From positions 576,001 through 640,000 of the forward strand of contig CBDDCA010000005.1 of assembly GCA_965226055.1 (NCBI GenBank): a DNA stretch of 64,000 nt, in the 5' to 3' direction. The notes under the pieces were generated by a model, which had not been told where the DNA came from, did no database searches, and saw only the letters and a list, made by a program, of their open reading frames with translations. Each line of letters begins with the position of its first letter. Within the stretch, counting starts at the first letter, position 1. The position numbers were made by a program, and so were the translations under genes. Below are positions 50,015-62,168 of the stretch, in pieces. This DNA is from Spirochaetia bacterium. GTDB lineage: Bacteria; Spirochaetota; Spirochaetia; WTKD01; G963693115.

Positions 50015-50989
50015 TTACCCCTTCTTTTCACTTTTCATCATAAAAATAACTGATGCAATAATAATAGAACCTCGCAATATAAGCTGATGATCAACAGATA
50101 GATCCATAAGTATCAATCCATTGTTTATCATTCCCATAATAAAAGCACCAATGACCGAGCCAAAAATACGCCCTTTTCCACCAAATAAACTTGTTCCTCC
50201 TATGATAACTGCAGCGATAACAATGAGAAGATCATTTTCTCCCAGAGTATAACGAGCTCCTTGCAAACGCCCTATATACAAAATTCCCGCAAAAGACGCT
50301 AAGGCAGCATTCAATACAAGCACAGTCATTTTAATATATTGTATATTTATACCAGAATACCGTGCCGCTGTCAGATTCCCCCCCGTTGCTAACACCTGTC
50401 GTCCAAAGACAGTCCTATGCAAAAGAAATACGCCTGATGCTGTTATCACTATCATCCATAGAAACAACACAGGAATACCAAATATATCTCCTGACCCAAA
50501 GAGATACACAAACACTTCATTATCTACTGGAATTGAACGAAGCTGTGTTATCCAACGAGCAATACCGAGAATAATACTAGAAGTACCTAAAGTTACAAGA
50601 AAACTAGGAATACCCACATATCCTACTAACACTCCATTCAAGATACCAGCAAGAATACCAATACACAACCCTGCCATAATCGATAAAAATACACTCCCAC
50701 TCCACCGCAACACCAAAGCTGCAGTAACCGCAGATAACGCTACTATCGACCCAAAAGAAAGATCTATTTCTGCAGCCGAAAGCACAAAGGTCATCCCTAC
50801 TGCCATGATCGATATCATAGCCACCTGACGTGCTATGTTCATAAGATTGCCAACACTAAGAAACCCTCTATTAAAAAGTGTGAGAGAAAAAAACAAAAAT
50901 ATAATAGCAAACACCATATAAATAATATACTGGCTCATGTCAATACGACTATGCAATGATTTTTGTCTTGATGTAGTATGCATATTCAC
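50015..50989 (-). CDS. Sugar ABC transporter permease (RbsC-like)
   Basis: EIDLSFGS, IPSFLVTLG, ATGGN..AA..SGI and IAAVIIGGTSL.GG.G. Confidence 0.92.
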   Translation of the reverse strand: MNMHTTSRQKSLHSRIDMSQYIIYMVFAIIFLFFSLTLFNRGFLSVGNLMNIARQVAMISIMAVGMTFVLSAAEIDLSFGSIVALSAVTAALVLRWSGSVFLSIMAGLCIGILAGILNGVLVGYVGIPSFLVTLGTSSIILGIARWITQLRSIPVDNEVFVYLFGSGDIFGIPVLFLWMIVITASGVFLLHRTVFGRQVLATGGNLTAARYSGINIQYIKMTVLVLNAALASFAGILYIGRLQGARYTLGENDLLIVIAAVIIGGTSLFGGKGRIFGSVIGAFIMGMINNGLILMDLSVDHQLILRGSIIIASVIFMMKSEKKG

Positions 50990-51025
50990 TCGTAGTAATC
51001 TCCTTCCTCTATTATTGTATCTGTA

Positions 51026-52525
51026 TTATTGTACTTGAACAAGTAAATCAGATTCATGTAAAGAATCGTTACTAAGTTCTTTTGCAATAGTTCCTTTTTT
51101 TACTATATATGTTCTATCACAAAAATGTATAATTTCACTAAACTCCGAAGAAATAAAAAATACAATATTCCCTTTCTGAGCATAGTCTTTAATAATGTTC
51201 ATAATCTCTCTCTTTGCATGAATATCCACTCCAAATGTAGGATCGTCAAGCAAAAGTATTTTTGGAGCAACAGTAAGACATTTTCCTATTACCACTTTTT
51301 GTTGATTTCCTCCCGACAACAACCGCACTAACTGCCTTCTTCCTGTTGTTTTTATTTGCAAAGAAGAAATCATAGAATCAGCTATTTTTGCCCTTTTTTC
51401 CATATCAAGCATTCCTTGAACAGAAGATTTTTCTAAACTTGCTAAAGACATATTTTCTTCTATATCAAAATCCATCACTAAGCCCTGTGTTCTTCTTTCT
51501 TCTGGCACTAATATGATACCTTGTTTAATTGCATGCCTAGGAGTTTGCACTGATACTTTGCTTCCATGTATCCGTATATCCCCTGAAATTATAGGATCAA
51601 GTCCATACATAAGCTCAAATAATTCTGTACGTCCACTCCCCAACAAGCCTGCTATTCCAATAATTTCACCAGCATATGCTTTTAAGCTCATAGGACCTAC
51701 TTTTTTACTCAATACAGACTCAAGTTCTATATACGGATGTTCTTCTTGAACATTTTTTGACACAGATTTTGATACTGTTACTACCGATTCTTGTTCTCCT
51801 AACATATCTTTGACAATAGACTCCATAGTAGAATGCTCTGTAGCGGTAGTAGAAATGACCTTTCCATCTCTTAGTACGGTAACGCTGTCACATAATTGCA
51901 TGACATCTTCTAAGTAATGAGTAATATAAATAATAGCATGTCCTTGTACACGCAATCGTTCTATAGTTTCAAATAACCTTTTAATTTCAAAATCACTAAG
52001 AGAGGCTGTTGGTTCATCAAACACTATAATGTTCGGATTTCCTGCAATAGCCTTTGCAATTTCTACAAGCTGAGATTCTCCAGCACTGAGATCACTTACA
52101 TAGCTATCCAAAGATAAAGAAGAAATACCTACTTGCTCAAGTAATTCTTTTGCAACCTTTCTTGCTTTTTTGTCTTGTAATATTCCCCATAACTTGTAGG
52201 GATGATAGGACAGAAATATATTTTGTAATACAGTAAGACTAGGCACCAAGCTCAAATCTTGATACACCATAGCAACTTTTTCTTGAGATACAGTCTTACT
52301 TGCCCCTAGTGTTATTGGCTCTCCGTCAATAATGATACTTCCACTATCAGGAGTGTACACTCCAGTGAGAGCCTTCATAAAAGAAGATTTCCCTGCCCCA
52401 TTCTTTCCTACTATTGCATGTATTTCATTATGCTTAAGAAAAAATGAAGCATGGGATAATACAGTTACCGCACTGAAACTAATAGTTATATCTTTTAGTT
52501 CCAATGCATAAGGATTGTGCTTCAT
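51026..52525 (-). CDS. Sugar ABC transporter ATP-binding protein (RbsA-like, two NBDs)
   Basis: GKNGAGKS, DEPT, LSGGNQQKV and LDDPT.GVD. Confidence 0.93.
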   Translation of the reverse strand: MKHNPYALELKDITISFSAVTVLSHASFFLKHNEIHAIVGKNGAGKSSFMKALTGVYTPDSGSIIIDGEPITLGASKTVSQEKVAMVYQDLSLVPSLTVLQNIFLSYHPYKLWGILQDKKARKVAKELLEQVGISSLSLDSYVSDLSAGESQLVEIAKAIAGNPNIIVFDEPTASLSDFEIKRLFETIERLRVQGHAIIYITHYLEDVMQLCDSVTVLRDGKVISTTATEHSTMESIVKDMLGEQESVVTVSKSVSKNVQEEHPYIELESVLSKKVGPMSLKAYAGEIIGIAGLLGSGRTELFELMYGLDPIISGDIRIHGSKVSVQTPRHAIKQGIILVPEERRTQGLVMDFDIEENMSLASLEKSSVQGMLDMEKRAKIADSMISSLQIKTTGRRQLVRLLSGGNQQKVVIGKCLTVAPKILLLDDPTFGVDIHAKREIMNIIKDYAQKGNIVFFISSEFSEIIHFCDRTYIVKKGTIAKELSNDSLHESDLLVQVQ

Positions 52526-52554
52526 AAAATAGCAGTACCCTACTCTTGCTTTAA

Positions 52555-53670
52555 CTAATTGTTTTCAAGTGCATTTTTTACTTCTACTGGCAACTCTCTG
52601 CGTAATGATTCTTTCCATCCAGCTTCTAAATTATCTCTTGTTATCTTAATTGCAGGCACCGTAATAAATGGTGGAGGAGTGTTTCCTAACACTTGTAACA
52701 CAGCAGCGTTCGTAAGTGTTACTCCCAACTCATATGGAAGATCAGCAACAAAGCCACTCATATTTCCTCCCTTTGCCATATCCAACGCAGTGGTAGCACC
52801 AATATCCATAGTAAACACTTTAATATTCTTCTTATTATTAGCACGCACTGCAGCAAGAACATCTTCTGCTATATTATTCCATGGCACATAAATAGCATCA
52901 ATATCAGGATACCGTGTAATCATGGCAGACGCAATTACCTCACCGTCCGCAGGATTTGCTATCCCTTTTTCTGAAACTATCTCAATATTAGGAGAATTTT
53001 GTAACAGTACTGTTTTTACAGCACTGTCTCGTTGATTAGTCACATAATATGCTGCATCATGATACATAAACCCAACTTTTCCCGAACCAGAAAGCTGAGT
53101 GTCAATAAGCTCAGCAATAGATTTTCCCATATTAAAAAGATCATCAGTCACTATAGCAGCATAATCTTTGCCATGAACAAAGCCTTCGGGCAAATTACTC
53201 AATAAAGATATTACTACTCCTTGCTCTATTGCTGGACGTAAAGCTGCAGCTCCTGACACAGGATCTAGCACAAGCGTAATAATAATATCAGGATTGAGCG
53301 TAAGAGCATTCTCAATATCAGTCTTCTGTTTATTAGCATCAAACTCAGCATCAGTAACAAGTACAATCTCAGCCCCTATTTTTTCTGCAGTATCTGTTAC
53401 TCCCGCAATAACCGAATTAGTAAAATCTGCACTTGCATGTGTGAGCAATGCTATTTTTAGGTTTCGTGAACGTGCCATTTCAATATCACTTTCACTTAAC
53501 TGCACTTCCTTATAATCAGTAGGGGCATTACCTGCAGGACCAGTTGTCTGCATGACCAATGCTTTCTCTATCACTTCGGCTTTTTTGGTTTTTTGTTCCT
53601 CTTGTCCTCCACTAAACAACAGTGCAGAACTTATGCTTATTACAACAAAAACACATAACAATTTTTTCAT
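52555..53670 (-). CDS. Sugar ABC transporter substrate-binding protein
   Basis: Signal ending LFSGGQEE; periplasmic binding protein type I pattern; first gene of the operon. Confidence 0.88.
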   Translation of the reverse strand: MKKLLCVFVVISISSALLFSGGQEEQKTKKAEVIEKALVMQTTGPAGNAPTDYKEVQLSESDIEMARSRNLKIALLTHASADFTNSVIAGVTDTAEKIGAEIVLVTDAEFDANKQKTDIENALTLNPDIIITLVLDPVSGAAALRPAIEQGVVISLLSNLPEGFVHGKDYAAIVTDDLFNMGKSIAELIDTQLSGSGKVGFMYHDAAYYVTNQRDSAVKTVLLQNSPNIEIVSEKGIANPADGEVIASAMITRYPDIDAIYVPWNNIAEDVLAAVRANNKKNIKVFTMDIGATTALDMAKGGNMSGFVADLPYELGVTLTNAAVLQVLGNTPPPFITVPAIKITRDNLEAGWKESLRRELPVEVKNALENN

Positions 53671-53832
53671 ACTATACCTTCCTTTTATCTATATATTTGG
53701 ATACCATAATATTTTTTATATTTGATACCATATTTAGATACTATATTTTATTCTACTTTCATTGTACATCAACAGAATAAAAAATGTCAAAAATACTTAC
53801 TCTCTATAATGGAACTTTATAAGAAAGTGTGC

Positions 53833-54879
53833 TTAAAATGGTGTCTGATACCCCGCATAATCTTGTACATATTGCAAAATATATGTCCCACTTTCATCCT
53901 GCGGATTTTGATGATCCACAAGTAATGCTACTACTCCTTTTGCTCCACGTAAATGTGCCCCTGCTAACAAACCCGATACAGTAATTGTTACCGAATTAGA
54001 ACGTCCTCCTGGAGGAGGGCTTACTGGTGGCGTAAGACCATTCCATGTAACAGTGCTACCAAGATACTCTGAAAGATTTTTTCCTCTTGCTTTTAAGCCA
54101 CTTACAATCCCCTCGTACTTATTTTCAAAATGATCTTTGATAATGTATATTTGTTTATTGGGATCCTTAAAATCTGCCACAGAGTATATACCATTCTTCC
54201 CTAAAAACAAGCTATCCTTAAACTGAACAGTATCAGTTACTACTGTAGGAGTAGACACTAAATGAGGATCATCAGTAAAGAAATGAGTAACTCCATTTTC
54301 CCAATAATGATTTGGTACATCGACATAATGCGATGGATAATAGACTCCATCTACAAGATACTGATCGTACTTATAATACCCTAACGCAACAAGATCAGAT
54401 TCCTGAAATTGAAACCCAACAAAGCCCAAGTAATTAATAACTGAAGCCTGAATTTTTTTCCAATCGGGATTAGGATCTGAAGGACTATATAGATCGGCAA
54501 TGCCTATTATACGAAAATAGGTTTCTACTGTTAGATTATGAAGTTGAATAGGATCTCCTGTTGAAGGATCACGAACAACTCTTCCTGGATACAATACCAA
54601 AGGATACGAACCTGCAACAGGCTTGTTCCAATTTTCATTATACCACTGTTGTTTTGCTGGATCTATCGAAGATTCAAATTTCCAAACATCATTGATAAAA
54701 TCATCGTATGTCTTTTGTTGCACTAAAACAGTATTACTCGCAGTTTGCCCAAGAGTATCTGTATCGGTAGTGAAAGAATGCTGTACAGCATCTTGATCAC
54801 AAGCGATAACTATCAAAAAAAATAGCAGTAACATATAAAATGTACTTCTTCTCTCTATCATAAAAACCTCCAAATTCAT
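53833..54879 (-). CDS. Lipoprotein with putative lysozyme-like/transglycosylase domain
   Basis: Lipobox VIA-C; motifs FESS, NYLGFVGFQF.E..L..LGYY, ITVSGLLAGAHL.G..GV and DESGT...Y. Confidence 0.55.
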   Translation of the reverse strand: MNLEVFMIERRSTFYMLLLFFLIVIACDQDAVQHSFTTDTDTLGQTASNTVLVQQKTYDDFINDVWKFESSIDPAKQQWYNENWNKPVAGSYPLVLYPGRVVRDPSTGDPIQLHNLTVETYFRIIGIADLYSPSDPNPDWKKIQASVINYLGFVGFQFQESDLVALGYYKYDQYLVDGVYYPSHYVDVPNHYWENGVTHFFTDDPHLVSTPTVVTDTVQFKDSLFLGKNGIYSVADFKDPNKQIYIIKDHFENKYEGIVSGLKARGKNLSEYLGSTVTWNGLTPPVSPPPGGRSNSVTITVSGLLAGAHLRGAKGVVALLVDHQNPQDESGTYILQYVQDYAGYQTPF

Positions 54880-54943
54880 AAGATTATTCTTTCTTACACA
54901 CTCACTAATAGCATTTTCTATGAGTGTTCATTATATATTTCTC

Positions 54944-55261
54944 TTACCAAGACACTCCACAGCCTGATCCATTCATACCGCCTATTCCCATCATACTGCC
55001 CATTATGCTCCCCATAAAGAACATTTGAAGAACAAAAGAACTTGCTATTACAATAGCCATCACTATGAGAGCTGCTTTTGCATAATTAGCTTTGATAGTA
55101 TGTGTTCCTCCCCCAAATCCCCATACAAATAGCATGACAATATTTACAATAGGTATAACAGAAATCAGTACAGTTACTACCCATTCCTTTACACTCATAA
55201 CATAACCATTGTTAGTGCTATCACTCATATCATTATTATTACTTATAGTATTATCACTCAT
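54944..55261 (-). CDS. Small conserved-type membrane protein
   Basis: 'SVKEWVVT.LI..IPIVNIVMLFVW.FG.....ANYAKA' with 2-3 TM segments; SD AAGGAG. Confidence 0.7.
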   Translation of the reverse strand: MSDNTISNNNDMSDSTNNGYVMSVKEWVVTVLISVIPIVNIVMLFVWGFGGGTHTIKANYAKAALIVMAIVIASSFVLQMFFMGSIMGSMMGIGGMNGSGCGVSW

Positions 55262-55467
55262 TTTTTTACTCCTTACATGTGAATTATACCATAATAATAA
55301 AAAAAAGTGGGAGAATAATTAAAAAAAATGAGGATATTTCTAAAAATATATATGAAAGTATATACAATGAACATATATATATATCATAATAAAAAAAGAA
55401 TAATACTGACTTTTATACCTGTGCTTAGGATAGATTTGATTTACATTGCAATATAGATAAAGCAATA

Positions 55468-58424
<2,957 letters not shown>

Positions 58425-58698
58425 TATTGATTTATCAATATTACTCATGCTTTTTGTATCCTAAGAAAAATTTGTATGTAATATACACACAAATTACACA
58501 ATTTTTGTAAAATTGCCAGTATTATCCTTCTCTTATATGATTAAGAAACAGCATACAATAGTATTATTTTTCTGAAAATTAACAAGAATTATAATTTCTA
58601 TTTTCCTATGCCGTAATATATATTTTTACACAAAAATACATTTTTGTCAAGTGAATTTTGGTGATTTTCAATTATTTCTTAAAATTATAGAAATTTTC

Positions 58699-60351
58699 TC
58701 AATTTTCTATCAATTTCTCATATTTTTGCACTACTTTTTGTATAAATTTTGGTATGCGAGCGTGAGCCTCAGGCACAATAGTAGCGTTTACTTGTATCAA
58801 AGGGCTTACCATAGTATCATAAAATTCTTGTTCATTCTGCTGGGGATTGAGAGCTCGTAACGCTGAAATTGCTGCTCCTACTGCTGCACCACTGTCATTG
58901 ACTACTATCACTTCCTTATTGAACAATGCTGCTACACGTTTACTTATTTCTAATGATTGTGTAGCTCCTCCTGTAATATATAATTGTTTTGAGTTAGATA
59001 TAATATCTTTTGTATAATATGCCATAATTGCAAGCGTGGTGTCTATAATGGCAGGATATGTGCTTATGGTATCTTGTAATTGCATGTCTCTGTCAAGCTC
59101 TACGTCAAACTCCCTATCAAACTCCCTGCCAAACGATGGTGATGGCGGAAACGATTCTTCAAATAACTGCCAGTGCATACAATATGCTCCGATAGGAGTT
59201 TGATATAATATCTTTTCATACTCTTGTAACGACAAAGCAGGATTTTCTGCTCTTACTTTATCCCACAATAATGCCCCATTTGTGCGACAACAGAAGAGAA
59301 ATGGTCTTCCTATGCCATCATACATCTTGTTAAGAGATAGCATAGCTTTGTTCTGCACTGTTGCAGACGACATACATACAAAACTTGTTCCTAAACTTAA
59401 TAGATTACTTGGAATTACTACTTTGCTTTGTGGGTTGTCTCCACTGCCTATGGTAACTTTACAGTCTGGATGAAATGCATATTTCTGTACAAAATAAGGG
59501 GCTATGGTGCCTGCAATAGATAGTGGCGATTGGAGAGAACCTATTTTATTGAGTAAGTCCTGTGTAAGATGAGTGTGAGGCTGTATTTCTTTTTCGTTGC
59601 CAAGATTATAACATACTGCTTCTACTAATGATGATGACCATTGTTTATGCTGATAATCCATAAGGGACATACCGCTGCCATTTCCCCAATCGATAGGAAC
59701 ATGTGCGTTAGCACTCAGTACTCCAGAAATAAAATTACTGAGAAGCTGTATTGCATATGTATTCTGATATGCTTGCCAGTGCTGTTTTGCTATATAGCGA
59801 ATAATAGCACCTGTAAATCGAGCAGGACTGTTTGAGCCAGAAAGAGCCATCATTGTTTGTGCATCGCCTACATAGTCCCGTATTTCATCGGCTTCTGTAC
59901 AAGACACAGAGGTCATCCAAATAGGAGCATGTGGATAGCTAAAGCTCTCCCTAAATATATCAGATAATGTATGTTGTTGATGAGACGAGGGCTGTAATAA
60001 TTGCGAAAATGCCTGTTGCACAGATTTTCCTAGATACACATGCCCATGCTGTTGTGCAGATACTGCAATAGAAGCAATATCTTGCATACGTGCCTGATAT
60101 GTTTGCATTGTCCTGTGTATCTCTGCTAGTACAGTATCCAATGCATCTAAAAACAAAAGTGGGGGCTGTTCTACTAACCCTAGCACAGTATCAGGAAGCG
60201 CTTTTGTTTGTGAGTCTAATGGGTACTGTGAGAAATGTTCATGAGAGGTATAGGAAAGAGAGCATTCTTGTACTATCACTTTCTCTCTAAAATCAAGAAC
60301 AACTGCAGTAATACTTTGTGTGCTTATGTCTATCCCTAACGTGTATTTCAT
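58699..60351 (-). CDS. FGGY carbohydrate kinase, xylulokinase-like
   Basis: LGIDISTQS, SAQQHG.VY, RFTG, GDNP, LSLGTS and TGGA. Confidence 0.82.
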   Translation of the reverse strand: MKYTLGIDISTQSITAVVLDFREKVIVQECSLSYTSHEHFSQYPLDSQTKALPDTVLGLVEQPPLLFLDALDTVLAEIHRTMQTYQARMQDIASIAVSAQQHGHVYLGKSVQQAFSQLLQPSSHQQHTLSDIFRESFSYPHAPIWMTSVSCTEADEIRDYVGDAQTMMALSGSNSPARFTGAIIRYIAKQHWQAYQNTYAIQLLSNFISGVLSANAHVPIDWGNGSGMSLMDYQHKQWSSSLVEAVCYNLGNEKEIQPHTHLTQDLLNKIGSLQSPLSIAGTIAPYFVQKYAFHPDCKVTIGSGDNPQSKVVIPSNLLSLGTSFVCMSSATVQNKAMLSLNKMYDGIGRPFLFCCRTNGALLWDKVRAENPALSLQEYEKILYQTPIGAYCMHWQLFEESFPPSPSFGREFDREFDVELDRDMQLQDTISTYPAIIDTTLAIMAYYTKDIISNSKQLYITGGATQSLEISKRVAALFNKEVIVVNDSGAAVGAAISALRALNPQQNEQEFYDTMVSPLIQVNATIVPEAHARIPKFIQKVVQKYEKLIEN

Positions 60352-60414
60352 GATAGCTTTCTATATATTATATAGTATATACATATTATTTTTATCCTCC
60401 TTGATAACTTCCAC

Positions 60415-61493
60415 ACGAGTTCAAGGATTAAATGCGACAAAGGAGCAAAAAAAGTAAGAAAAAATAAAAAAAGGAGACACTCTATAATTGTATAAACGAA
60501 ACAAATTAGGAGGTCTCCTTTATGAGTATACCAAAAAACTCATTTCGTCATCTGACAGACAAAGATCGTACTATTATCGCTACGCTCCGTCATGCAAAGT
60601 ACAGTATCAATGCTATAGCCAAACGCCTCAGTGTCCATCGCAGCACTGTCTATCGTGAAATACAACGCAATGGAGGCAAACATGTCTATAATGAAGTCAT
60701 TGCTCACAGACAGGCAAGAAAACGATGGGATAAGAGCCATAAAAAACTCTCTATTCCTTCTCATACTATTCGTACCTATATCGTTTTTCACCTTATATTC
60801 GATGGCTGGTCGCCTGAACAAATAGCAGGAAGGCTCAGTATTGATATGCCTCAGTATACTATCAGTCATGAGACAATATATCACTTTATTTATCGTTTTG
60901 CTCCTCATTTGACACAGTATCTGCGAAAACAGCACCAAACACGCAAAAAAAGAAGAGTATCTCGTTCTTTTTCTGTTTCTCGTATCCCTCATCGTGTCTC
61001 AGTACACGAACGAGGCGATGTTTCTAATGAATATGGCCACTGGGAAGTAGATCTTGTTGGCTCTTCTTCAAAAGCTACTGTGCTTGCTTTAGTGGAAAAA
61101 CATACCCGTTATGTTCTTTTTCATAAGATACCTGACAAAACTGCTCATACCGTACAGTATGGCATGCTCTTTGCTCTAAGGAACATACCACGCCATTTAT
61201 GTAACAGTTTCACTTATGATAATGGGAGTGAATTTATGCTCCATACTGAAATAAATACACGCCTGAATGCTCGTTCTTATTTTTGTACTCCTTACTGTGC
61301 TTGGGAAAAAGGATTAGTCGAACATTCTATTGGATTATTACGTCAGTACTTTCCTAAGAAGACTTTGTTTCATAGAGTCAAGCAAAGTGATATACTACAA
61401 GTACAAACGCTTATCAATCATAGACCACGAAAATGTCTTCATTTTTTGACCCCTGCTGAAGCCTTTTCTGTCGCATTTAGTCCTTGAATCCGC
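60415..61493 (+). mobile_element. IS30-family insertion sequence (about 1079 bp)
   Basis: Imperfect 25-bp terminal IRs (ACGAGTTCAAGGATTAAATGCGACA / TGTCGCATTTAGTCCTTGAATCCGC) and a 2-bp direct repeat AC. Confidence 0.88.
60522..61487 (+). CDS. IS30-family transposase
   Basis: HTH (IAKRL..HRSTVYREI.RN), WSPEQIAGR, ISHETIY, and DDE motifs GHWEVD / TYDNGSEF / WEKGLVE. Confidence 0.95.
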   Translation: MSIPKNSFRHLTDKDRTIIATLRHAKYSINAIAKRLSVHRSTVYREIQRNGGKHVYNEVIAHRQARKRWDKSHKKLSIPSHTIRTYIVFHLIFDGWSPEQIAGRLSIDMPQYTISHETIYHFIYRFAPHLTQYLRKQHQTRKKRRVSRSFSVSRIPHRVSVHERGDVSNEYGHWEVDLVGSSSKATVLALVEKHTRYVLFHKIPDKTAHTVQYGMLFALRNIPRHLCNSFTYDNGSEFMLHTEINTRLNARSYFCTPYCAWEKGLVEHSIGLLRQYFPKKTLFHRVKQSDILQVQTLINHRPRKCLHFLTPAEAFSVAFSP

Positions 61494-61521
61494 ACCATAC
61501 AAAAGTGAGGATATAGTTGTA

Positions 61522-62103
61522 TTATGCATTTGTTAAACAAACATTTACACAACGATCAATCCATTTTCTTTTTTGTTTTCGTTTTAGATTATGAGTATCA
61601 TATAATACAAGAGACTGTACATCACTAACATTACAATACAAAAGTAATCTTTTCTGTAATAATGTTACACTATCTGCTACTTTATTGCTTTTCTGATGTT
61701 CATCGGTACTCATAACCACTATTACAGTAAGCTGTGACAGTAACCCTCTTTTCTCTTTCGGCTCAAACTCCTTTCCTGCATATTCAAAAGCAATGCCTGG
61801 CGCAAACACACGCTGCAACCATCCAACCAATAGTGCAGGAGGAAACCCAAACCAGTCAGGAAAAAACAACATAAGAGTTGAAGCAGAACGTAAGATTTGC
61901 TGATGTCTTACTGTCGCTCCATCAAATGTCATTCTACGATGAATTTCCTGTTGAGAGATAAGAGGATTATATTGTATTTCATCAAGGTATATATATGTTA
62001 CTGGCTTTGAATGTCTCTGCAGTACATCATAGCATAATTGGGCAACATGTACTGTTAGACTATCAGGGTTAGGATTTGCACTTACCAATATGGTGTACTT
62101 CAT
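61522..62103 (-). CDS. Flavodoxin-fold NAD(P)H-dependent oxidoreductase
   Basis: ANPNPDS, FP.WFG.PP.LL.GW.QRVF..G.AF. Confidence 0.8.
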   Translation of the reverse strand: MKYTILVSANPNPDSLTVHVAQLCYDVLQRHSKPVTYIYLDEIQYNPLISQQEIHRRMTFDGATVRHQQILRSASTLMLFFPDWFGFPPALLVGWLQRVFAPGIAFEYAGKEFEPKEKRGLLSQLTVIVVMSTDEHQKSNKVADSVTLLQKRLLLYCNVSDVQSLVLYDTHNLKRKQKRKWIDRCVNVCLTNA

Positions 62104-62125
62104 ACTTCATTATACTCTACCCCCT

Positions 62126-62160
62126 AAAAAAGAGAGCAGAAATACTCCTGCTCTCTTTTT
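62126..62160. terminator. Bidirectional intrinsic terminator
   Basis: aaaaaagagagcag-loop-ctgctctcttttt. Confidence 0.75.
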
Positions 62161-62168
62161 GTGTGCTT

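Noticed and set aside
60540-60992. Antisense ORF within IS30
   Set aside because: Shadow of the transposase with no recognisable motif.
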